A stretch of 64,000 nt of DNA from Monocercomonoides exilis PA203 (taxonomy: Eukaryota > Protista > Preaxostyla). The stretch covers positions 1,488,001 through 1,552,000 of the forward strand of contig LSRY02000011.1 of assembly GCA_001643675.2 (NCBI GenBank), given 5' to 3'. This document shows, in pieces, positions 22,001-33,500 of this stretch; position 1 is the stretch's first letter; the number at the start of each line of letters is the position of its first letter. Under the pieces are notes generated by a model. It was not told the origin of the DNA and did not search any database. It was given only the letters and a program-made list of their open reading frames with translations. The position numbers and the translations under genes are program-made.

Positions 22001-24670
22001 GTGATCTATCTGTACTACACTCTGAAATGTGACAGAGAGCGGAAGCGGGTCTATCAGCGGCTGTTGGACGTGCCGAAGACGAAGATGCAGTTTGTGCTGC
22101 GGAGGCTGCTGCAGAGCGACGATGACAGCACAAACGACTCGGCATTGTTGATGACTGCCACGCAGCAGGACTTGGAGGATGAGGAGATCGAAGGAGGGCT
22201 CGATGGAAGTGGCGGGGCGCTGGCGGCAGACAATTCAGAGGTGCGCTCGGCAATTGCAGAGTATGAAGACACACAGGCTGAGGGAGAACAGTCAGAATCA
22301 CCGGAGTTTGCGAGGAGTGCGTGGAAGCAGAGGGAGAATGCGAGCAAAGGAAGGAGGGAAGGCAGCAATGGAGCTGGAATTATTGGCAGTGAGCATCGTG
22401 GCACTGAAACTAAAAACAACGGCAAGACTCGAGGATCACCAGGTGCCCAGAGCGAGGTGAATGACTCAGATGCTGACAGCATGCGGTCATACACGTCGAA
22501 TTCACACACACCGAACATGGAGCTTGGCATAGCGAGGGCTCATCCGAACCGCCCTCTGTCGATTGTGCACTCTCAACAGGCGTCTGCTTCGGATGACTAC
22601 AGAGAGAGGAGCGACCGCGAACAAGAAGAGATGATATTCAGCAGCAAGTCAGAGAAGATGCTCAACAACGTGCCAGGACAGTCACCGAAGCCAGGGGATG
22701 AGAACAAACAAGGTGCAGAAAGCATGCCCAACACGTTCCGGAACATGAACAGCAACAGCACGACACACTCCTCTTCTTCGCTCAAGCAGCACAGCAGCAA
22801 CGGGATGCTTGGCTTCCAGATGATGGCAGGACAGAGTCCGCCTGGGCAGACGCCACCGCAACAGCAGCAGCAGCCACTGGTTGGGTTCAACTCGAGCCAG
22901 CCGCGCTATCCGATGGGCCATCCGTTTATGATGCCACTTGGCGGAGGAGCACCTTCGCCGATGCTGATGATGGCGCCTTCAGAGAACTCGTCTTTGCTGA
23001 AGATGATGTTTGCGAGGGCGTCGGGAGAAGGCAAAGAGACAGGGATGATGGCGAGTGGGATGCAGTCGCCGATGCAGATGCAGATGCAGCCAATCTCACA
23101 AGGGCAGTTTCAAGGACAGGGGCAGGCGCAAATGCAAGGGCAGAACCAGAAGCACACACAGAAAGGACATCAGATGACGGAAGAAGAAGAGGACGAAGCG
23201 ATGAGAGGGTTTGTCAGGCATGCAGTGGAAGACACTCGGTGGGAGGAGAAGCTGGAGGCTGACACGCAAAAGCTGCAGGAGTATTATGAAGAGCTACCTT
23301 CGCCTATAACCCGCAGCATGGTGATGCACATTGTGTCTTCGATGGTGTTTGGCCTGCTTGTGGTGGGGGCGTCAGTGATTGTGGTGAATGTGTTTGTGAA
23401 CGAGTACTCGAACACAGCAGCAAATGTCGTCACTTCGGGACTCCGCACATCAGCCCTTGCGCAGATTGAGTATCTATCCATGCGGCTGGCTTTCCTGTTC
23501 AACAACATCAACACTGTGGAGTATGTCAAGTTCTCCCACAACTCGAACCCTGTGTGGGGGGACTCGTCGCATGTGAGTGACCAGCCAGAGGTGATTATGC
23601 AGCTGCTGGTGGGAGTCTCTGACTACTTCCAGCACATCCACTCACGCTGTCACTATGGCATGACACAGTACGGAGTGACCAATGACACACTGCTCGACCA
23701 GATTCCTGTGCGCCGCCTGTCAAAAGCGAACAACGAGCGGGCGCTGCTGAAGGAGTCGAACTGCTTCCTCGAGTCTGAGGAGGCGTGTGAGGCGGCTGTG
23801 CCCACGCGCATTTTTGGGATTTCGCCGCCGATTTATGGGCTGTCGATGCTGATCTCGAAGATGCGGCTGAGCATCGAGCGGATGCAGCAGGAGGACTATG
23901 CGACGTTTGGGGAGCAGACGGAGGAGCTGAGGTTTATTGCGACGGCGATGCGGTATGACCTGAGGGAAGGGATAGATGGTCTGACGTCGACGATCATGGA
24001 GACAGGGGTGGACGAGGTGAAGCTGTCAGAGACGATTATGTTTGTGGTGTTTGTGCTGTGTGTGATTGTGTTTATGTCGTCGCTGTGCTTCAACTCCCTC
24101 CCTTGGATGAAGGCGATCCTGCGCATCAACAACGAGAGTGCGAAGCTGATGGAGCTGCTGCCAGTAGATGAAGACGATGCCGAGATGGTGATGACTGATG
24201 CGATGAAGACGAGGTACCATCCGCTCGACTTTGGAAGAGAGAAGCTGATTGACTCCGCACTGCAGGTGCTCGATGCGATCAAGCAGAAGGAGCCTCTTTC
24301 GGCTGTGCTGCAGACACACTCGGCGCTGGTGACGGCGACATTCCGGCAGTTCAGTGAGGAAGAGAGAGAGATGAAGGAGAGGGACTACCCAGAGCTGGAG
24401 GAGCATGCGAAGGAGCATCTCATCATCCGGCAAAGATTGACGCTTATTGGAGACCAGTTCAGACTCGAAAACGAGGCTGCGACGGCAACAGCAAGGAGGG
24501 CTCTGATCAGGCTGTATGACAAGCATTTCACAGAGGACGATGTTGAGTTGGGGAATTTCATTCCGATGGAGGAGAAGGAGCCGGAAGAAGTGGAAGAAGA
24601 AGGAGAAGATTACGTGCCTTCAGAAGACAAGGGAGCGATAGTTGCATCACTTGATCCTGAGTGGCACTGA
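19079..24670 (+). CDS. TmcB/TmcC-like polytopic membrane protein with TPR-like region, two TM-loop-TM modules and a C-terminal hemerythrin-like domain (~1,816 aa, 3 exons)
   Basis: Exons 19079-19198, 19273-19392 and 19460-24670 join in frame through GT-AG introns. Many N-terminal hydrophobic helices. TPR-like ADAMYTQAMQHFPHNAEL and ARKCYEELLVSHPQNTQVMRCYAKLL. C-terminal FSEEEREMKERDYPELEEHAKEH...LYDKHFTEDD matches the hemerythrin motif. Confidence 0.8.
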
Positions 24671-25178
24671 ACAAGAAGGAAGAACAGTTAGAATAGTCTA
24701 TCTGAACTGCTCTCTTTCCATTTGAATTTCTTTCTTACTTTCTTTCTTTCTCTATCTGTCTTTCAGTTCATTTCACTTCATATTATTACATGTCATTACA
24801 TGTCATTTCATCTCATGTCATTTCATTTCAAATCATCTCGCATCGCCTTCACTTCGCATCGCTGAATCTCCTTGTGATGTCTGTAGGCTTGTTGCTGTGT
24901 TGTGTGGTAATTCCGCATTTGCCGCGAGTCGTCAAACATTATGCTTATGCATTCGGACACCGTCATATTTATTTCTATGATTATTTTCATTATTTTTATT
25001 TTTGTGGTTATTATTTAACTTTATTTGCAGTTTAAGTTCATTTGAAATTTCAATTTATTATCTTTCATTCTTTTTTTTATTTTTATTTTTTATTTTTTTA
25101 TTTTTTCAGTTTCGCGAATTTGTTGAAGCTCTTCGTTTGATTGGGCAATGGAATTACTTCACATTTTGTACACACATC

Positions 25179-25251
25179 TTTCTCTTTCTCTTTCTCTTTC
25201 TCTTTCTCTTTCTCTTTCTCTTTCTCTTTCTCTTTATCTTTCTCTTTCTCT
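25179..25251. repeat. (TTTCTC)n microsatellite
   Basis: Tandem hexamer visible in the sequence. Confidence 0.9.
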
Positions 25252-26004
25252 TCCTCAATCTTTGTTGTTATACGGTCGCCCTGAGTTTGTTGATATGTTG
25301 GATTGATTGAAATGTGCTGAGAAACGTTAATTTCCCATCAATTCATTGCATTTTTGTTTCGTTTAGATAGAACGTGTTGAATTCACTCGGATTTCCTAGT
25401 GGTTCTGTTCTATTTCTTTTATAACCTTTTTTTTAAAAAAAAAGAAAATACATATATTCTGAATATTTTGGCTTTAGTATTCATTCACTTTATTGATATG
25501 TCTTGCTTTTTCTTCTGTTTGCTTTTTCTGATACATTTTCTGATATTACTTTCTTTCTTTGTACGTTAACTGACACAAATATCGCTTATTTATGTAACCG
25601 AACAAAATTCAATCTTTCTTTTATAAAGATTAACAATATTTATATTTTATTTGTAGAAAAAATTGTAACACCTCCTCATTTTGTTTTTGTTCGAAGCCAA
25701 TTTATCAATAATCTATCATTTCAATCATTTACATTTTTGAGTTTTTTTATTGCGGTGATTTCAGGTGTAAAGAAAATAATTAACACCATTAATAAATTCG
25801 TATTTAAGTTTATGAACATTTTTTCCTCGAAACATTGATTGATTAACACACAATCATTTAAAATATTTTTTGAAACAATGGTTTTTCAATGTTTTTTCAG
25901 AAAAAAATATGAAACAAATAACCATAACATAAATTATCAGAACATCAAATACTGGGATCATTAACATTCGTAGAAAGGGTACAGTAGATCAAAAATTGTA
26001 AATC

Positions 26005-26409
26005 ATGTTCGGAATTCTCTTAGCTTTATTCGCCTGCACCCAATCCATTAATGTTGTTGATTGCTTGAATGGAGCCGGATCGATGCATCTTGTTAGCATT
26101 AAAATCGATCCAGAGCCACCGGTTCACGGTCAGGATTGCCAGGCCTCGGTTGAGTTCGCAGCAACAAAACAGCTCACAACTGCTCAATGCCAATTGATCG
26201 TCAAGAAGGTTAAAATTCCAATTTACAGAATGAACTTTGATATGTGCAAGGCCCTTGGATGCCCACTTCAACCAGGAAACTATGGAAAGAATCTTACCAT
26301 CCCGATCCCATCATATACCCCAACTGGCAAATATGATCTCGAAATTCATTGCAACAATGAAAACAAGAGAGAAATTATTTGCGCTAAGGCTCCAGTTCAA
26401 ATTGCTTAA
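26005..26409 (+). CDS. ML (MD-2-related lipid recognition)/NPC2-like secreted lipid-binding protein
   Basis: 134 aa with a signal peptide. Motifs DC, I-x-P-x-PP-x-x-G, DMCKALGCPLQPG, IPSYTPTGKY and EIICAK are typical of the ML fold. Confidence 0.9.
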   Translation: MFGILLALFACTQSINVVDCLNGAGSMHLVSIKIDPEPPVHGQDCQASVEFAATKQLTTAQCQLIVKKVKIPIYRMNFDMCKALGCPLQPGNYGKNLTIPIPSYTPTGKYDLEIHCNNENKREIICAKAPVQIA

Positions 26410-26838
26410 ATCTTGGATCTCGCTCGGTAAATGCGAGTGAAGAGAATTTTAGGCATAATGAAGAATAGCTTTTCAAGAAATCGGATTGTCCACTTTTTTC
26501 TTGAGAGATGTTCTTTCATTCTTTATGTTTCTTTTCACAGCTGCCATTTTATATCTAAATTCATATTTTATTAAAGTTATTTTTTTAATCACATCTTATC
26601 TTTTTTTTTAAATATTAAATAACGAAACGTTAGGAGGGCTTGTACATGTTTAATTTAAGTTTTGCATTTTTACAACAAAAAATTATAAAAAGTGTTGCTT
26701 TTTGAGGATTCAAAAAAGACTTTTTATTTGAGACCTATCCCATATAAAAATGATGTGACTGTAGAAACATGAAACTTTTCTAAAATTTCAATATTATACT
26801 TATTCCTGGAAAGTTTATTGAGGCCTTCATGCTGTAAG

Positions 26839-29800
26839 ATGAATGCCTCTCGTTCTCATTTGCTAATATTTATGCTTATCGGTGTTATAGGGATAATAAT
26901 ACCGAATTTCTACTGTCAATGTGATCCAACTTTTTTATCTCAACAGAACGAAGTGCTTGCATCACGAATCCAAAAGAGAGATCGAATGCTTCAATCATGC
27001 GCTTCGACATGCATGGTTTTTTAATAATTTATTTGAATTTTTGTTTTTCGAAAAATTCCGTAAAAAAAATTTTTTTTGCCTCTTATACAGAATCAGAATG
27101 AAATTTGCTTTGACACATGTCAGTCAACATACGAATCATGCGTAATAAATCCCAAAGCTTCTCAAACTCAATGTAGTCAACAACTTCGTGCATGCAGACG
27201 TCCTTGCCAAAAAACATTTCGAGTCTGTGCCTTTTCTCATTCGATAATTACATCATATTATGTATTTTTAGGAATGCGAAGCATCATGCATTGGAGCTTA
27301 TTCATCTCAATGCATTGAGGATTGTGCCTTTTCACTTCAGTCGATGCTTGACGATTGCGATTTTTCAACAGAAGAATGCAGACATCAATGCCTTGTTGGT
27401 GATCAAAGCTGCGAAAGGTATGCTTTTTTTTTTTTTTTTTTTTTATTGTTATTTAAAAAAACATTCATTTTATTAACCACAAAAAATCAAATGTATTATC
27501 ATTTTGTAATTGTCAAAATGAAATATTTTCGCCAATTAATTAATAATTCCTTTTCAAAAAAGGAAATGTCAAATTGAAAAGAGAACTTGCGAATCTTCTG
27601 CTCGAGATTGTTCAGATGCTTGTGTTAAGCAATGTGAAGGAAGGTTTCAGGAACTATTTGTCGAAAGATAAATAAATTTTTATATCCAATTCTCATTTGA
27701 TAAAATTATATTCATTTGCATTTCAAACATTTGTGATGTTATTTGTCATCGCTTTTCTGATTGCTCTGCTATTAGTCGTCCATCGTGCAAGGACAACTGC
27801 CTCACCGAGATGGAGGATGGCTTTGAGGTGTGCGAGCACGAAAGGGAAGACTGTCTTTCCAGATGCGGTGTATCCACATTGACAGTGTCTGGAACACAAT
27901 GTGCTGCACAGTGCTCTGACGAGCGGCTGGCGTGCAAGTCAGAATACAGGCATGCTCCTATGTGATGAATGAAAGAAAAGAATTTCGTTTTGTGAAGTTA
28001 TAATTCGTTTTGCTTGGTTTCATTGCAATGAATGAAAATTCATTATTTGTTTAATTTGCTCATATTATTTCATTCATTCTTTCTTTTTCCAATTGAATTG
28101 CTAATTGAACAATAGGCAGCAATTCAGCGACTGTGAATTGTACTGTTCTGCTTCGTCTGACGACACTTGCACAATCGAATGCGAAAAACAAAAACAAGTT
28201 TGTTTTGCCTTCATTTTTTTTTCTTTTTCCTCATTTAAATTTCCTTTTTTTTTTCCCTCTTGTTCAAACAAACAAGAAATGCTTATCAGATGCCTCAGAG
28301 AACTACGACATCTGCCGCTACTCTGTTCAAAGCCGATCAATTGCATCTTCTTCAACTTCCTCTTCTTCTTCCTCTTCTTCCACTTCTCCCTCTCTCTATC
28401 CACCATCACTTCAGCCCCAGCAGCCCACTGCCTCTGCCACGCTGGCTGAGAGAGAGTGCAGCCGAATGTGGCGCGAAGCCAACGCTGACTGTCGAGATGC
28501 ATTCGATGCATGCATTTCAAACAACTGCCAGAGGACATTCGGAACATGTCAGAATGATTGCTTGGTTTGTGGAAATGGCAAAAGAGAGATTTTTAAGTTG
28601 ATTATTATTATTATTATTATTATATTTTTAATAAAAAATTGAATGCTTTTCTCAATGTATGCGTTTGAATGTCTTGTTCATTACAGGATTTTACAGAAGA
28701 TTGCTATGCGTCTGCTGAGATTGAGCTGCAGAAATGTCTCACAAACTGCAAAGGAGCTTCACAATGTGAGGTTTGTTTAGAGTTCTTTATCGTTTATTCG
28801 ATCATTCTTCAAATTTTCTATTTTCTTATTGAATTTCCTCTTTATTATGCGATGTTTTTAAATATCCCTTTGATTGTCCTATGCTTTTTTCACTAAAATT
28901 TCCACAGGCCAAATGCAAGAACAACTATCGAATGCAGAAGGATTCGTGCCGGAATGGCTACATCCAATGCGAAAGTGAGTGCGAGGCAGACAGCACAGGC
29001 GTCTGCTTTGCTGACTGTGATGTGTGTCTATTGTGACAATAGAAGATGAGAAGGAGAAGGAGAAGGAGAAGAAGAAGAAGAAAAAGCAGGATTTGATTGA
29101 ATTCGTTTATTTTGGCATTTTCTATTCATTTTTAATTGTTTTTGAGTTTTTCATCATTTTCATTTAATTCTTATAATCATTTCGTATGGCTATAATTCTT
29201 TTGTTCTTTCAACATTCATTTCTCCAATGATGCTTTTCAGAAGGCTAAACAACAAGGCCTGTTGGAGTGTGACAAAGAACTCGATGCCTGCAATGTGGAG
29301 AAGCAGCGCGGCAGGCAAACAGACGTTGGCTGTTTGGTATGAAATTCATTCACCCATAAACATTTTGATATTATTTCCTGCTTTTTTTTTAATCTAATTT
29401 TCTTTTTATGGAAAATCCTTTTTTTTCTTAAAAAAAAAAAAAAAATCTAAATTCACATAATATATTTCTATTTCCCACTTTCTCTTTCTCCTTCTCTTTC
29501 TATTTTTTTTCACAGAGGAATCGTCGTTTGTGTGAGGCGAATGTGAGAGACATTGCAGATCAGTGCAAAGAAGTATGCACTGGCTCATACGAAGCTGACA
29601 TTGAAAAATGCAAAGTTTGTTTTTTTTATTATATTCAATACTGAATTCATCATCTTCTTCTATTCTTTCTCTTTCTCTTTCTTTCTTTTTATTTTTTTCT
29701 TTTCTTCTTCTTCTTCTTCTTTTTTTTTTTTTTTTTTCATTCAACAATTTCATTTGAAAACCCTTTTCCCCATCAACCCCTCCAGACGTCTCTCCAGCGC

Positions 29801-30301
29801 TCCTTTGACCAGTGCCAGCTGTCCTTCGAGCAATGTGAGCTGCGCTGTCAGCTTCCTTCGTCAAGTGTGCCTTCATCGACATGTGTCTCAACCTGCATGA
29901 CTCAAAGAAGAGACTGCCACACTCTCTCCACAAGAGCATTCGAAGACTGTGAGTCAAACACGAAACTGAAGTGGGTTGATCAGTGCGGCATTAACTGTGA
30001 GGTTTGGACTTATCTTTTTCTTTCATTTACTCTTCAAATCTTTTTTTTGCCATCATTTTTTCCCCCTTTGAATTTTTCTGATTGCTCTTTATTTTTTTTT
30101 TATAATTTTGATTTTCAGAATCAAAGACAAAAATGCCTTGATGCAAGCGATTCTTGGTTTGATTGGTGTTTCCACGAAAAATGTGTTGGAAATGATGCTT
30201 GCCAGCGCCAGTGCAGGCAAAAGAGAAGGACAAATACGCATACATGCACAAATGAGTTTGAAATTTGTAATAATGAATGCGCATTCAAGGAATTCGGCTG
30301 A
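26839..30301 (+). CDS. Secreted Cys-rich protein with C-x3-C / C-x6-C / C-x10-C periodicity (13 exons, ~623 aa)
   Basis: Hand-spliced exons 26839-27015, 27091-27222, 27272-27417, 27563-27643, 27776-27949, 28116-28197, 28277-28564, 28687-28770, 28908-29021, 29241-29336, 29516-29614, 29786-30001, 30119-30301 give one open frame. N-terminal signal peptide, ~77 Cys. Confidence 0.8.
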
Positions 30302-30506
30302 AATCTCACTTCACTTAAGGTTGTGATGAGATTTTTATTACTCACTTCGTAAATTTATATTTCTTCTTCTCTCAATCTGATTTTTGAGAATTTTTTTCGA
30401 AAATTTTCCAATTCGTGTGTGTTCGTTATTAATTTGTAAAGGGATAAAGATCATTTGTCCAATTTTTTTCTGAATTTTTTTATCTTCGTACAAGCTGATA
30501 TCAGAT

Positions 30507-33500
30507 ATGAGCGAAACGGCTTCTGAAGGGTCTATTAAAACTTCACAAAATTTAACTGTCTGCAAAAAGAATTAATTTTAAGAATTTGAACGATACATTT
30601 TTTTTAAATTTTTTTTATTTCACTTGGTGAAATGTTATTGTTGATAAAAACAAATTTAATTTCAAGAGTTCACTTCCTTCAGCAATAGAGGTCACTGTCA
30701 AAGAGAAAGAAGAGGTATTCAAACTTTTATCTCTGAATACTAATGTCAAAATGCATTTTTCTGACCAAAAAATTTTGTAGAGGATTCAATACTTATTAGG
30801 GCAAGTTAAAAAGATGCAAGAAATGCATATTCAGGAAAAGGTGTGATATTGAGAAATTACCTTACAAATAAATTGATTTATATAATATATTTATTTTTCT
30901 TCATTTAGAAAGAGTTAGAAGATGTAATTTCCCAGATGGTTGAACTGGGGAGCAAAGTGCAACAGCAATATGAAAAAGTGATTTTAGAAAAGCAAGTTGT
31001 TGAAGAAGAGAACAAACATTTGAAATATCAAATAAATGAATATGAGAATCAAATTCATCTTCTTATGAACGCCCTCAAGCAATCTTCAAAACGGCAAGAA
31101 GAAATATCAGTTTGATGTCATTTGATGATTGTTCATTATATCATTGTTGATTAATCCAATATTTCTGAATTTCGAATTTTTGAAATATGAAATGCTTTTC
31201 ACATTTTTTTAATGATTTTTGACCAATATAGAAAACTGCCGACGAAGTGATGATGTCAAATACATTAATTGATGAAAGAACCAAAGCTCTTACGCTTTCA
31301 CCTGAACGCAAAGATAAAGAAAAGAGTTCTCATAGCCGATCAACTTCTGGTAATGTGTTCTCTGAAGCCGATGCGATGAATGAATTTTTGGCTGATTTGC
31401 ATTCAGATGAGCAAAGGCCATCAAAGCTCTCAAAGCGCAAAGGACAAAATCAAAGTCAAATAGTGAACCAATCAGAAAATGGAAACAGATTCAAAATGAC
31501 TTTGTCACCATCATCTGCATTTTCGCCATCCTCAACTTTTTCTGCACATTCTCCTCGGCTTACACCGAGATCACGCCGGTCGTGGTCCATTTCTTCGTCT
31601 GGCCCGCGTTCTCCTGCTGGAGGGCTTTCCAGGAGCGGTCAAAGAACACCTACTTCATTCGCAGAGGATCGCCAGGCGCGTTTGAGTCAGTCTTTTGCCT
31701 CAAAAACCTCTCTCAACTCAACAATTTCATCAACAACATCTTCTCGTCAGCCTTCCATCATCAATTCTTCCTTCGATCCCCACTACTTCATGAAGCACAC
31801 TCGGCAGCCTGTTCCTTCCTCTCCTTCTTCTTTCTCTCGCTCGCAGCGTCGGCTCACCCGCTCTTCACTTCAATTGTCTCCTTCTTCCAGAAAACAGAAT
31901 TTAAACTCATTTTCTACAGAATCACGGAAATCGTACGCCAACGTTCCAACGCCTTCAACAAATCGATCAGCGACTGCCCCACGCACTTCCATTTCGATCG
32001 ATGCATCGCGTTCATTCGGCCATCCATCTGAACAGTCTGCAACGCCTCTTTCAGCTCGCTATGCTTCCACCCCTCAATCTCCTCTCTTCACGCCACAGGG
32101 CCCACAGACACCCGCATCCCCGAGAAATTCTTTCTCTTCCTCTTCTTTTTCACCATCATCGACACAGGCTCCAATCTCCACTTCAGTTTCTGGCTCCACT
32201 TCATTTCCTCGTTCTTCTGGCTTATCTGCTTCCACTCAGATTGCTCAGTCGTCTGTTTCTCAGAATCAGCCTAATTACGCACTTAGCTTTGCAGCTGCTT
32301 CTGCTTCTGTGCCATCTTCATCTGTTTTCTCTTCATCTTCACCCTCCTCATCCTCCTCATACGCAGTTGCATCATCTTCATCTTCATCAGGCACTTCTGG
32401 TTCACCTATATCTGCGTCAACTTCAATTCAACTCAGATCTTTACAACCAACAGTTACTCCTTTGCAGAAAATTGCATCAACAAAATCTCCAGAGAGTTCA
32501 GAAAGAGAGATATTGCGAGCTATCTCTTCGCTTTCGGCTCATTCGTCTGTCTTTTCCAACAACTTGGTCCAATCATCGTTGATTCGTTCGAGTGTCTCTG
32601 GATCTGCTTCATCATCTGCTTCTGATGGCTCTTCGATTATTCCCAAGAGAATCACAAAGAAAGCGCTGGGTCAGATGGAGTCTGCCTTAGATGCTCTTCT
32701 GAGTGAAGCACAATGCAGCTCCTTCGACGCACACAGCATTTCTGGAATGGGCGGACTGCCGATGTTGATCAACTGCGCATCAGCACCGTTTGTGGGGCTG
32801 AGAGCCAAAGCCCTTCGGTTGCTGAGATGGATGATTGGCGATGCCAGCGCAGCAGACGAGATGCGAATGGCAGGCATTTTGGGCATGCTGGTTGAGTGTG
32901 TGGCGGCTGCTGCAGACGAATGTGCAGAAGAGGCTGAGGCAGTTATGGCACAAAACGGAGCAGGGCAGAATGGTGCAGAAAGAGGGCAAAGCGCATATGA
33001 TGATGATGAAGAGGATGGAGATGGAGAAACCAGCCGAACGAGGCTGAGAAGGCTTGTCGTGCTAGTTGATGATTACGAGGAGGAGGATGGTGATGATGGA
33101 AATGAAAACGATGATGAAAATGGAATGATCTCCAGCCGAACCAAACAAGACAACTTGAGAGACAATGAGCAAGAAGACAACGACTCAGACATGTTCCATG
33201 CATCATCCTCTGAATCCAGCCCTTCAATCCAGTCACAGACACTTCAGCCGTTCTATTCGATTACACCCACAGCAACAGGAGCAGATAGTTCTCAGTCTTT
33301 GTTCAGCAAGCAGCTCAACTCATATCAGCAGTTGCCACAAATGGGAGAGAATGCAACGCTCAATGCAAGTGACGGAAATTCAACTGAAGATCCATCGTTA
33401 TCTGCACAACAAAACACCAGAAATGCTTCATCATTCTCGTCTACTCACTCAAATCGCGGCCTTTCGGTTGAAATTCCATCTTTCTCTCCTTCATCAACAG

